Below, in pieces: positions 8,948 to 18,068 of a stretch of DNA of 64,000 bases. Position 1 is the stretch's first letter, and every line of letters starts with the position of its first letter. Position numbers and translations under genes: made by a program. Below the pieces are notes generated by a model. It did not search any database. It saw only the letters and a program-made list of their open reading frames with translations, and was not told the origin of the DNA. Source of the DNA: Candidatus Heimdallarchaeum aukensis (GTDB lineage: Archaea > Asgardarchaeota > Heimdallarchaeia > Heimdallarchaeales > Heimdallarchaeaceae); assembly GCA_021513695.1 (NCBI GenBank), contig CP084166.1, forward strand, positions 2,272,001 to 2,336,000, written 5' to 3'.

Positions 8948-10872
8948 TTTGTTTCACCTTTTTTGAGTTTGAGTTTTTTCTTTACTATAGCTAAAGAACC
9001 AGATGACATTTTATTCATGTCAACACCAGCAATAAGTGCACGAGCAGTGGCCAAAACACAACCTGAATTAACAATAAATATTTCATCAGATGGAAGAATA
9101 AATTCAGAAGCGTGATTACAACCAGGGGCGTAGATAGAACTACCTGTGATGGTCTCTGCAGCAAAATCTAAGTTGACGAGAGAGTAATCGAGAATCTCTT
9201 GAGCTGCTGCTGGCTGGAGAGAAAGAAAACCTGTACGGGAAAGATATGTGGCTATAAGTTTTTTTTCTCTGAATATCTGGATGTCTCTAGGATATTTACC
9301 ACGAGTGCGAATTGGAGAAGAAAAGAGAATATTACCTGAGCCAGGACCGTATTGGTAATCTGCCGTAGCAATGAGTTTGCGGAGAAAAGGAGATAGATTG
9401 TGAGATGAATTGGAGTCAGTAAGGTCCAAAGAAGAAAAAACTTCGCGTAGGGTTGAAGAAAGATTAGAAAGAGATGAAGAACTAGTTGGACGATCAGATA
9501 TGGAAGTATGATATACAGTCAAATTCAAAGAATTAGAAACACGTTCAACTATATCAGAGTAACCTTGACCATATGTGTGATTAATAAGAATAATGTTTTC
9601 TGGAAACTTAGAAAGAACATCAATGAGAAGAGACGAAGTGACAGCTATTTCTTCTTCTGACCAGAAACCTGAAACTGGTATATCATAAAAACGAGGAGGA
9701 TAAAGAGATTCGAGTTCACGAGGAACAACAGAAAGCGGAGAGGTAATTATTAACTCTGAAAGAAATGGTAAAAAGGATTTTCCTGCTTGACGGAGAGATT
9801 GAATAAAAAGTGAATGAGAGCGAGAAAGAGAATAAGGTTTTCTTGCAGAACAAGGAAAAAGAATTACAACTCGAGTTTGAGGAGATGGATTAAAGCGTTC
9901 TCGAACACGATGTCGGAAAAGTTCAACTTCAGGACGATTAAGCGATGAAGAGCTAGTACAAACTAAAGAAGTAGACTGTTGAGCTGGAAAGCGAGAAAGG
10001 AAGGTAGAGGAATAGTTACGGTCGAAGTAATTGAGAGTCGAAGAAAGAAGGGGTGAAGAATGAACATCGCGTTCTACTAAAGTACGAAGGTTATCAGACT
10101 CCAAAAAGAAACGGATTTGAGAAAGTTTGTTAGCCATGACTTGAAGATTGTGTCCTAGGATGTCGGGAGGAGAAGAGCGGCAGAAAGAACAATAACATTC
10201 TGGATGATTAGAAAGAGGATAAACAGAATCAGAAGTGAGGAAAAAACCTCGTTCTGAGAGATAGTAAGCAAGAGAATCGTCGAAAAAGTCTATACCTGAA
10301 TAGACAAGAAAAGAATAATAGGCGGGGGCAATTGGACCAGGAACATATAGAGCTATATCTGGAGAAAGTCGAGAGCGTAGAGAAACAAATAATTCAGAAA
10401 GTTTACGCTGATTGTTAAAGAGAGAAGAAAGACCAGTAAGAACAAAAAAAGAACAGTCAGTAGATAAAACATCTTCTAATAGAGGAGAATCGAAGAAAGT
10501 ATAAGGTAAAGTAAAAATTTGAGAATGAAGGTCTGGGAGAGATAGAAAAGAGGTAACATATTCAGAAAAAGATGATTCTGACAGAGTAGATGAAACAAAC
10601 GAAGGGTAAAATGGTTGAGATGAAAGTGTAAAAGAAGAAGAAAGAACTCGCTCGGAAAGGTGAGGTGGAAAAGACCATCGTAACTGGAAAGAAGAATCTA
10701 AGTCAGAAAAACGGGGAGGAAAAGAAGAATCAAAAAAACCTGAAAAGCCAAAATTAGAAGGTTTGTTACCAGAATTGAAAGAGAGAAGACCTGGTGCGAG
10801 GATATGAGAAGTACGAGTCTCAGCTAAAAGGCGAGAAAAACCAAAGGCAGAGAGAGGTTGAAAGAAACGCAA
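8944..10872 (-). CDS. arcS: archaeosine synthase ArcS (TGT-like N-domain, DUF5591 core, C-terminal PUA)
   Basis: DUF5591-type block ILFPCSARKPYSLSRSH and PUA-like C-terminus (SSIYAPGCNHASEFILPSDEIFIVNSGCVLATARALIAG). Uninterrupted 642-codon ORF with TTG start. Very Ser/Phe/Leu-rich and divergent. Confidence 0.7.
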   Translation of the reverse strand: MRFFQPLSAFGFSRLLAETRTSHILAPGLLSFNSGNKPSNFGFSGFFDSSFPPRFSDLDSSFQLRWSFPPHLSERVLSSSFTLSSQPFYPSFVSSTLSESSFSEYVTSFLSLPDLHSQIFTLPYTFFDSPLLEDVLSTDCSFFVLTGLSSLFNNQRKLSELFVSLRSRLSPDIALYVPGPIAPAYYSFLVYSGIDFFDDSLAYYLSERGFFLTSDSVYPLSNHPECYCSFCRSSPPDILGHNLQVMANKLSQIRFFLESDNLRTLVERDVHSSPLLSSTLNYFDRNYSSTFLSRFPAQQSTSLVCTSSSSLNRPEVELFRHRVRERFNPSPQTRVVILFPCSARKPYSLSRSHSLFIQSLRQAGKSFLPFLSELIITSPLSVVPRELESLYPPRFYDIPVSGFWSEEEIAVTSSLLIDVLSKFPENIILINHTYGQGYSDIVERVSNSLNLTVYHTSISDRPTSSSSLSNLSSTLREVFSSLDLTDSNSSHNLSPFLRKLIATADYQYGPGSGNILFSSPIRTRGKYPRDIQIFREKKLIATYLSRTGFLSLQPAAAQEILDYSLVNLDFAAETITGSSIYAPGCNHASEFILPSDEIFIVNSGCVLATARALIAGVDMNKMSSGSLAIVKKKLKLKKGETK

Positions 10873-11055
10873 AAATTACACCTAATAAAAGAAAATAAAA
10901 GAAGATTAAAAAGAATACGATTAGAAAGAAAAGAAAGACGGAACATTAGAAATAATTAAAACGATTTATATAAAATTTAAAATAAAAAAGGCTAATACTC
11001 TTGAGAAAAAATCAGTTGTATAATAAAAAAAGCAAAAGAAAAACTTTTCAAAAGT

Positions 11056-11096
11056 AACGAAAATTTTAAAACAGTTAAAAAAGTAGAAGTATCAGA
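11056..11096 (+). promoter_or_regulatory. copy 1 of duplicated upstream module (probable tRNA promoter with TTTTAAAA TATA-like box)
   Basis: 41 nt identical to 11275-11315 (aacgaaaattttaaaacagttaaaaaagtagaagtatcaga). Degenerate similarity continues to the tRNA. Ends 36 nt before tRNA-Lys(CUU). Confidence 0.6.
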
Positions 11097-11132
11097 AAAG
11101 CCTAAAACTTGCGAAAACGAGCGTTTTAGATG

Positions 11133-11209
11133 GGCCTCGTGGCTTAGTTAGGTAAAGCAACGGACTCTTAATCCGTCGATCAGGGGTTCAAATCCCCTCG
11201 AGGTCACCA
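11133..11209 (+). tRNA. tRNA-Lys (anticodon CTT), CCA encoded
   Basis: Hand-folded cloverleaf: acceptor GGCCTCG/CGAGGTC (one G-U), D stem GCTT/AAGC, anticodon stem ACGGA/TCCGT with loop CTCTTAA, T arm AGGGG-TTCAAAT-CCCCT, discriminator A then CCA. Confidence 0.9.
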
Positions 11210-11274
11210 ATTTTTTAGATTGTTCTTTTAAATAAGTTTGAATCCTCTACAATCCATTTTTGATTTTATTCTTA

Positions 11275-11315
11275 AACGAAAATTTTAAAACAGTTAAAAA
11301 AGTAGAAGTATCAGA
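11275..11315 (+). promoter_or_regulatory. copy 2 of duplicated upstream module (probable tRNA promoter)
   Basis: 41/41 identity with 11056-11096. Ends 32 nt before tRNA-Lys(UUU). Confidence 0.6.
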
Positions 11316-11347
11316 CATGCTTAAGACTTGAGAAAACAACATTCTCG

Positions 11348-11455
11348 GGGCTTGTAGCTCAGCTAGGTAGAGCAGCAGGCTTTTAAGCTTTCTGCGAGCC
11401 ATGCAAAAGCGCTGACACCTGTCGGCCATGGGTTCGAATCCCATCAAGCCCGCCA
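11348..11455 (+). tRNA. tRNA-Lys (anticodon TTT) with about 31-nt intron at canonical 37/38 position, CCA encoded
   Basis: Acceptor GGGCTTG/CAAGCCC, D stem GCTC/GAGC, anticodon stem GCAGG/CCTGT, loop CTTTTA|A split by 11386-11416, T arm ATGGG-TTCGAAT-CCCAT, discriminator G then CCA. Intron AAAAGC can pair with GCUUUU of the anticodon region (BHB-like). Confidence 0.85.
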
Positions 11456-11556
11456 AACTCTTTTTACCTTGTTTGAAAAGAAATCAAGAAGAGATACTAT
11501 AAAGTCAAAAATTTTTTTCAACATATTTTAATAATTTATTATTTTCTATATCTTGC

Positions 11557-12606
11557 ATGAAAACTACTCATGAAATTATATACTCCTCTTCTAGCTCTCT
11601 TCCTTCTATTCTTTCAAGTAGTGTTAATATTGTTGTCACTTCTCCCCCTTATCCAATGATTGAGATGTGGGATGAGCTTTTTTTTAATCTTAATCCTGAA
11701 ATCAAAACTTCTTTAACCTCTTATCCATCTTTAGCTTTTGAGCTTATGCATTTAGAGCTTGACAAAACTTGGAATGAAATTGATCGTCTTCTCAAACCTG
11801 GTTCGATTGTTTGCATAAACATTGGTGATGCAACGCGAAAGATTGATGGTAACTTTGCTCTTTATTCTAATAGTTCTCGAATAATCAGAAAATTTCTTGA
11901 ATTGGGCTATTTTTGTTTACCTTCTATTCTGTGGCGCAAACAAACTAACTCTCCCACCAAATTTATGGGGTCAGGCATGCTTCCTCCCGGTGCCTATGTA
12001 ACTTTAGAACATGAGCACATCTTGCTTTTCCGTAAAGGTTCTAAGCGAGAGTTTAATTCTTCCGAATCTAAATTGAATCGTCGTCGTAGCGCTTATTTTT
12101 GGGAAGAACGTAACCTTTGGTTTTCTGATATTTGGGAGTTTAAAGGCGTAAGTCAAAAACTAAATTCTGAAGTTTTGCGCTCTCGTAGTGCTGCATATCC
12201 TTTTGAGTTAGCTTTTCGCCTTATTAACATGTTTTCAGTTCAAGGTGATACAGTTCTTGATCCTTTTTTAGGTACGGGAACAACTACTCTAGCAGCTATT
12301 ACTTCATGTCGTAACAGTATTGGTGTAGAAATTGATAAAAATTTCAAGGCTATTATTCTCGAAAGCATAAGAAAGGTAAAAGATTTTGCAAATGGTTATA
12401 TTGATAATCGTTTGCAGGCACATCTGGCTTTTGTTAAACAAAAAGAAGAAACACATTCCTTTAAGCATCGTAACTCTATTTATGGTTTTCCTGTTATGAC
12501 TGCACAAGAAACTGATCTTTACTTTCCTAAAATTAAAAATGTTAAAATAAAAGATGAATCGCTTTTCGAAATTATTTATAAAAATAAAGAAAAGATTTAT
12601 TCGTAA
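11557..12606 (+). CDS. DNA N4-cytosine/N6-adenine methyltransferase (beta-class), no adjacent restriction enzyme
   Basis: Motif IV TSPPYP near the N-terminus and motif I DPFLGTGTT near the C-terminus (beta-class order). Ser-rich, pyrimidine-rich coding strand. Confidence 0.8.
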   Translation: MKTTHEIIYSSSSSLPSILSSSVNIVVTSPPYPMIEMWDELFFNLNPEIKTSLTSYPSLAFELMHLELDKTWNEIDRLLKPGSIVCINIGDATRKIDGNFALYSNSSRIIRKFLELGYFCLPSILWRKQTNSPTKFMGSGMLPPGAYVTLEHEHILLFRKGSKREFNSSESKLNRRRSAYFWEERNLWFSDIWEFKGVSQKLNSEVLRSRSAAYPFELAFRLINMFSVQGDTVLDPFLGTGTTTLAAITSCRNSIGVEIDKNFKAIILESIRKVKDFANGYIDNRLQAHLAFVKQKEETHSFKHRNSIYGFPVMTAQETDLYFPKIKNVKIKDESLFEIIYKNKEKIYS

Positions 12607-13376
12607 AAATCATCTCTTGTTCCAAACTCTCTTTCTATTGCAGCGATTAGTGTTTCTATATTATGCATAGTTGTCGCGCTTATTGGAAACAGTTCACCTG
12701 TGTTTCTAAATTGTTCTATAGTTTGTATTATGTTCAATCCTAGTTGTTTTGATAATGATATTGTTTGTCCTCTTTCTATTTCTATTCCTATTGTTTCTGG
12801 TTCTTCTATCCATCTTTCTAATCTTTCTTTGTGATCTTTTTTTATTAAATCTGCTTTTGAAATTACGGGTATTTGAGGGAGTTCTAATTGGAATTCTACT
12901 GATAGGCTTAGTAATAATATGCTTGCTAAACCTTCAGGTTTTAGTACTAATGATGGATCTATTAGGAACACCGATACAGGTTCTCTGTTTTCTTTTAACA
13001 TATTAGCGATAAACTTTCCACTGCTTCTATATGCAAATAATTCTATTTGTCCTGGTGTGTCTACGATTAAATATTGAGGGTCAACGTACTCCACTTCTGA
13101 CATCAAATCATGTATTTTAGTTGCTATTAGGTCCATACTGGCTATCATCGCCCCATTTGGACCTAGGTTGTATTCGTTTACTATTTCATTTATGTCTACT
13201 ATATCTCTTACATCTATCGCAGGAGCGTAAGGTATTGTTCTTACACCCGCATCTAAGTTAAGTATACCTACATCTAACTTCTTTTCCGAGAACCAATCAA
13301 ATAATGTCCTTGTCAGAAAAGTTTTTCCTGCTCCCGCAGTTCCAAGTAGGTAAATTATGTATTTTCTATCTGGCAC
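12597..13376 (-). CDS. GPN-loop GTPase
   Basis: Walker A GTAGAGKT, signature LGPNGA, DTPGQIE switch II. Confidence 0.85.
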   Translation of the reverse strand: MPDRKYIIYLLGTAGAGKTFLTRTLFDWFSEKKLDVGILNLDAGVRTIPYAPAIDVRDIVDINEIVNEYNLGPNGAMIASMDLIATKIHDLMSEVEYVDPQYLIVDTPGQIELFAYRSSGKFIANMLKENREPVSVFLIDPSLVLKPEGLASILLLSLSVEFQLELPQIPVISKADLIKKDHKERLERWIEEPETIGIEIERGQTISLSKQLGLNIIQTIEQFRNTGELFPISATTMHNIETLIAAIEREFGTRDDFYE

Positions 13377-13379
13377 TTT

Positions 13380-14165
13380 TTATTCTCCTATTTCTGTTAT
13401 CTTTATTTTGGGTTGATTCTCTTTTATTTTATCCATCAAAAACCTTTTTGCTTTTGCGACTATTTTTTCTCCTTCTTCTCCAGAATATGAAAAATGAATT
13501 GTTATTCCTTTTCTTTCTCCAAATTGAGGATGAGATTTAACATACAGTTTTTTAAATTTCTTCTTTGTTTGATTAATATAAGGTGCTATCTCACTTTCTC
13601 TACAGTTTTCTATCAGTATTTTACATTCTGTTATGCGGGTTTTTATTTTAGACGATAGGTAAGGGTGAATAGCCGTTGTGTATATAGATTTCACCTCCGT
13701 TGGGACACCAGGCAAACAGAATATCTCTGTTTTCTTATATTTTATTAAACATCCTGGCGCTGCTCCCGCACTGTTGTTTAGTATTTTTCCTCCTTCAGGT
13801 ATCATTGCCATCTTTCTTCTCTCTTCACTCATTTCTAATCCATACTTTTCATAATGCTCTTTTATTAACTCTAAGGCTTCTTTATTTTCTATAAGTCTCT
13901 TTCCTGTTACTCTTGATATAACTTCCATTTGTATATCATCATATGTTGGACCCAATCCACCTGTGACAATCAATATTTCTGGTTCTCTCTCTATGACTTC
14001 TTTAATGCACTCGCTTGCTTGTTCTAGATCATCCCTTACACTAGTTATTCTTCTTACTTCTATTCCTAATCTGGTTAGCTGTTCTCCAAGGTAAGTTGCG
14101 TTTGTATTAACAGTAATTCCCATTAGCAGTTCGTTTCCTAAACAAACAATCTCCGCTGTAACCAT
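13380..14165 (-). CDS. CinA-family MoCF-binding domain protein (COG1058-like)
   Basis: N-terminal AEIVCLGNELLMG...TNATYL and VTGGLGPTYDD motifs of the CinA/MoaB-like fold. Confidence 0.7.
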   Translation of the reverse strand: MVTAEIVCLGNELLMGITVNTNATYLGEQLTRLGIEVRRITSVRDDLEQASECIKEVIEREPEILIVTGGLGPTYDDIQMEVISRVTGKRLIENKEALELIKEHYEKYGLEMSEERRKMAMIPEGGKILNNSAGAAPGCLIKYKKTEIFCLPGVPTEVKSIYTTAIHPYLSSKIKTRITECKILIENCRESEIAPYINQTKKKFKKLYVKSHPQFGERKGITIHFSYSGEEGEKIVAKAKRFLMDKIKENQPKIKITEIGE

Positions 14166-14195
14166 TTTTTTTCCTTCTTTACATTTTTCTAATTA

Positions 14196-15272
14196 TTATT
14201 TTGATCTGTTTACTCCCATTTTTGCTATTTCTATGAGATATTCTTTATACTTCTTTTCAAATGCAGGCTCTGCTTTTTCAATAAACAATTTACATGTTGA
14301 GAATAATTCTTCTGCTTTTGCTTTAGCATAATCTAAAGCTCCTGTTTCTCTCATAATGTCTTTTATTTCTTCTATTTCTTCTTTTGTTGCATTTCTTTTC
14401 CCAATTACTTGTTTGAGTTTGTCTTTTTCTTTGTCATTCGCATTTTCTATTGTCTTTATTAGTAAAATTGTTTTTTTTCCTTCTTTAATATCGCTATCTA
14501 CTGGTTTTCCTGTTTTCATTTCATCTCCAAACGTACCAATGATGTCATCTACAATCTGGAAAGCTATTCCCATATTTCTTGCATAGGATGACAAAGCTTT
14601 AAGTTGCGTTTCTTCTGCTTCTGCATAAATTGCTCCCATTTTTGTTGCTTTTTCAAATAACGCTGCTGTTTTTCCATTTATCATTTCAAAATATTGCTTT
14701 TCTGTTACTTCAAATCTCCCTTGCATGTCTGTTTCATAGATGACCCCTTTTACAACTTCCATAAATCCCTTATTAAATTCTGAAGCTGCTTTTATCATTA
14801 TATCTGGTTTGAAATCTACTCTGTTTAGTGCTTTGTATGCTAAATTATAAACAAAATCTCCCCCTAGTATCCCCATGGCTAGGCCATAATCTTCAGGTTG
14901 AACATTCTTTTTGGGATAATTTTGCTTTGAATAATCTCTTAAAACTACATGAAAAGCTTTTTTTCCTCTTCTTGTTTCAGCAAAATCCATTATGTCATCA
15001 TGAATTAAACTAGCATTATGAAGAAGCTCTATCGATAATGAAGCAGGATAAATGGATTCATTGAAGTTAGTGTTTAAACAAGCTTCATAGGAAAGTAACA
15101 TAAGTACTGGTCTTATCCTTTTTCCTCCTGAAAATAGAAAATTATTAACTTCTTGAACATAATATTCTAAAAAAGGATTGTCCTTACATGCAGCAATTTC
15201 TTCGTTTATAAACTGTGTAAGTGCAATATTTACTTGTTCCATTTTTTTAGTGTAGAAACCTTTGAAATTCAT
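14196..15272 (-). CDS. idsA: polyprenyl (geranylgeranyl) diphosphate synthase
   Basis: First Asp-rich motif LIHDDIMDFAETRRG and second FQIVDDIIG. Confidence 0.85.
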   Translation of the reverse strand: MNFKGFYTKKMEQVNIALTQFINEEIAACKDNPFLEYYVQEVNNFLFSGGKRIRPVLMLLSYEACLNTNFNESIYPASLSIELLHNASLIHDDIMDFAETRRGKKAFHVVLRDYSKQNYPKKNVQPEDYGLAMGILGGDFVYNLAYKALNRVDFKPDIMIKAASEFNKGFMEVVKGVIYETDMQGRFEVTEKQYFEMINGKTAALFEKATKMGAIYAEAEETQLKALSSYARNMGIAFQIVDDIIGTFGDEMKTGKPVDSDIKEGKKTILLIKTIENANDKEKDKLKQVIGKRNATKEEIEEIKDIMRETGALDYAKAKAEELFSTCKLFIEKAEPAFEKKYKEYLIEIAKMGVNRSK

Positions 15273-15420
15273 TAACTATCCCTTGATATTTTGAGAGAAA
15301 GGTAATATTATTAATTTTTTTCTAAGAATTTATCCTTATCTGTATTTTCCATTTTTTTAAATTAAAAAATCCTTTATCCCAATTTATTTAAACTCTCTTT
15401 CCTTCCTTTATAAGAATAAT

Positions 15421-16050
15421 ATGCATTCCTATTTAAAAAAATTTCAAGAAGTTGCACAATCAATTGAAACAGAACTTAATAAAAAATCAACTTTAAAGGA
15501 AAAGTTGCTAAAGTTATCTCGTGATCTAGTAAAAACTTCTGGAAAAGTTATTTCAAATGTCCATTCAAAAAGAGTAAACGAAGCAGAACAGTTGCTCTCT
15601 ACTGCTATGTCACTTCACTCTCAGATCTGTGAGTTACTTTCTCAAGATCCGTCTTTTACAGATTCAGGATATATTTTAACAGCTTTACAAGAGTTTACTG
15701 AAGCCCACATTTTCTTCTCTTTGATTTCTAATTCTCCAATTCACTCTCCAACAGAGTTAAATGTAACTGATCAAGCTTACTTGTTAGGAATTGCAGATGT
15801 TATTGGAGAACTTCGGAGGCATATTCTTGAGATATTAATAAATGATAATATTGAGGAAGCAAAGAGGTTTTTTCAATTAATGAAAGACTTGTATGATATT
15901 TTCTTACAAATAGAAATCGACAAATCTTTGATCAGTGACTTTAGAAGAAAGCGGGACATGGCTAGAGTTTTGATAGAAAAAACTCTCTCCGATTTGTTTA
16001 TTGCAATTCAAAGTAAAAGATTAGAACTAAAAATGAAAGACTTAAGCTAA
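15421..16050 (+). CDS. translin-family protein (COG2178-like)
   Basis: All-helical, 209 aa, with YLLGIADVIGELRR block characteristic of translin/TRAX. Confidence 0.6.
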   Translation: MHSYLKKFQEVAQSIETELNKKSTLKEKLLKLSRDLVKTSGKVISNVHSKRVNEAEQLLSTAMSLHSQICELLSQDPSFTDSGYILTALQEFTEAHIFFSLISNSPIHSPTELNVTDQAYLLGIADVIGELRRHILEILINDNIEEAKRFFQLMKDLYDIFLQIEIDKSLISDFRRKRDMARVLIEKTLSDLFIAIQSKRLELKMKDLS

Positions 16051-17423
16051 TCTCTTGTAATAATTAATACTCCCACATCCATTACGTTTGTACCAGTGTA
16101 TCCCGTGATTATTTCTCCATGGAATTTATGGAAAAAACTATTCGTATCATGCTTTTTTAAACTCTTTTTTGCCTCTTTTTTTCTTAGTCTGTTACTAATT
16201 GTAAACGGCCCTACAATTGCTCCAGCTGCCTCAGAATTTCCGTCAATACCATCAGTTCCAAATTCAATAAGATATGCTTTTTTATTCTTTCCTAGCTTTA
16301 ATACAAAAGACAGAGCTAACTCTTGATTTCTTCCGCCTTTTCCAATATTTTCTGTATTTTTAGGAAGTTCTACTGTGGTTTCTCCACCCCACAAAAAAAC
16401 TCTCTCTCGTGGATTTTTTTTCACATATTTTTTAGCTATCCACTTACCTATTTTTGCAGCCTTTCCTTCAATGTTGTATGAAATTATTTCTCCATCGATA
16501 TTGTTTTGCTCTAAAATGTTTTCTCTTAAATGGTTTAGAACTACTTGGTTGCTACCGATTAATACATTATTTACTTTACGGAATTTTTCTCTATCTTTCG
16601 GAGTTTCATAATTTTTTTGTTTATGTCTATCTTGTAGTATCTCTTTTACTTCTATTGGTAATTTCTTTTCAATTTTGTATTTTCTAATTATTCTTTTACA
16701 GTCTTCCCATGTTGTTGTATCCATAACCGTAGGACCTGAAGATATGTTTGTTGGGTCATTCCCTGGTACATCAGAGATAATAAATGAATAGATATTTGCA
16801 GATGTATAGTTAACTATTTTTCCCCCTTTGATTTGAGAAAAGTGTTTTCTTACAGTATTTATTTCATGTATTGTGGCACCACTTGATAATAAAAGTTTCA
16901 TTAACTTTACATAACTATCCATTTTGATTATTGGTAGTTCAAATAGAGATGATCCTCCTCCTGAGATGAGGAAAATGCAAACATCTTGTTCTTTTAATTT
17001 TGACAGTATTTCGATTGTTTTTTTGGCAGCTTTTATACTTTCATCATTTGGTATAGGATGTCCTCCCCTAAAAAAATGACAATTTGGGATATTTTTTATT
17101 TTATCACTTGGTTCATCAGGAGAAGAAATAAGTATCTGATTAAAGGAATAGGGGGCATTTGTTATAAACCAATTAGCCATTGTCTGTGCTGCTTTTCCAA
17201 ATGAAATTAAGTAAAAATTTGCATTTTTGTCAAATACAAATTTCTCTTTTTTGCATATCAAGCTATTTTCTTCAAATTTTATATTTCTATTCAAAAAAGA
17301 ACTCGGTTGTGCAAAATTTATAGCTTCTTCTGCTGTATCTAATAGAAGTTTTACATATTTTCTTTCCTTCTCATCTGAGATTTTTGATAGAATTTCTCTC
17401 TTATTTTTAATCCATTCACTCAT
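16047..17423 (-). CDS. glycerate 2-kinase (MOFRL/DUF4147 family)
   Basis: FGKAAQTMA, LISGGGSSL, WGGETTV, GGRNQELALS and GTDGIDG blocks. Confidence 0.8.
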   Translation of the reverse strand: MSEWIKNKREILSKISDEKERKYVKLLLDTAEEAINFAQPSSFLNRNIKFEENSLICKKEKFVFDKNANFYLISFGKAAQTMANWFITNAPYSFNQILISSPDEPSDKIKNIPNCHFFRGGHPIPNDESIKAAKKTIEILSKLKEQDVCIFLISGGGSSLFELPIIKMDSYVKLMKLLLSSGATIHEINTVRKHFSQIKGGKIVNYTSANIYSFIISDVPGNDPTNISSGPTVMDTTTWEDCKRIIRKYKIEKKLPIEVKEILQDRHKQKNYETPKDREKFRKVNNVLIGSNQVVLNHLRENILEQNNIDGEIISYNIEGKAAKIGKWIAKKYVKKNPRERVFLWGGETTVELPKNTENIGKGGRNQELALSFVLKLGKNKKAYLIEFGTDGIDGNSEAAGAIVGPFTISNRLRKKEAKKSLKKHDTNSFFHKFHGEIITGYTGTNVMDVGVLIITRD

Positions 17424-17426
17424 TCT

Positions 17427-18062
17427 TTACATCCTGATGTTCTTTTGGATAATTTCTTGCATAATTTTTGAGGTTGATTTTCCTGGAACATATTGATTTA
17501 ATCTGATTATCTTTATATGTTCTAATCTATTCTCTTTTAATCTATTCTTTAGATCTTCTTCATTGAATTTTTGGTCATAACCTAAAGCTATAATATCTGG
17601 CATTATCTGCTTTACTGTTAAAATGAAATCTTCTTCATTTCCAATAACTGCCACATCTACATCTTTTATGTGGGCTATTACTTGTGCTCGATCCTTTTGC
17701 GAATTTGTTGGTTCGCGTTTTTTTAATTTCCTAACATTATTATCTGTAGTTATAACTACAACAAGCACATCCCCTAGTAACTTTGCCTGTTTAAGGGTAA
17801 AAATATGCCCAATGTGAATGAGGTCAAATACTCCCCCAGTCATAACTACTGAAATTTGTTTCCTCCCAAATTCTGTCAACGATAAATCATTTTCGTCTTG
17901 TCTTGCCAAAGAACCATTTCTTATTAATTCGTTAACAGTTTCTTGGATAATCTCTACAGGCAGTTCTAATCTTCGAGCAAGGTTTATACTATTCGTCTTT
18001 CTTTTTACTAATATGTCACAATAAGCATGTCTTAGAATCAAATTATCAATTGAGCCTGTCAT
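17427..18062 (-). CDS. ribL: FAD synthetase RibL-type cytidylyltransferase-fold enzyme with N-terminal winged-helix domain
   Basis: GGVFDLIHIGHI (HxGH) nucleotidyltransferase core in the C-terminal ~140 aa. Extra ~70-aa N-terminus (INLARRLELPVEIIQETVNELIRNGSL) looks like wHTH. Confidence 0.65.
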   Translation of the reverse strand: MTGSIDNLILRHAYCDILVKRKTNSINLARRLELPVEIIQETVNELIRNGSLARQDENDLSLTEFGRKQISVVMTGGVFDLIHIGHIFTLKQAKLLGDVLVVVITTDNNVRKLKKREPTNSQKDRAQVIAHIKDVDVAVIGNEEDFILTVKQIMPDIIALGYDQKFNEEDLKNRLKENRLEHIKIIRLNQYVPGKSTSKIMQEIIQKNIRM

Positions 18063-18068
18063 CTTTTA

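Noticed and set aside
8900-9115. Listed 71-aa plus-strand ORF spanning the RaSEA/ArcS junction
   Set aside because: It is antisense to two overlapping, motif-supported genes and has no features of its own.
11247-11456. Listed 69-aa minus-strand ORF
   Set aside because: It runs antisense across tRNA-Lys(UUU) and its duplicated promoter, so it is an artefact of the GC-rich tRNA sequence lacking stops.
7877-12606. Calling the compositionally odd, tRNA-flanked block an integrated mobile element
   Set aside because: No integrase, transposase or recombinase is present, and I could find no duplicated tRNA 3' segment (att-like direct repeat). ArcS and RaSEA are core tRNA-modification genes. Only the compositional anomaly is reported.
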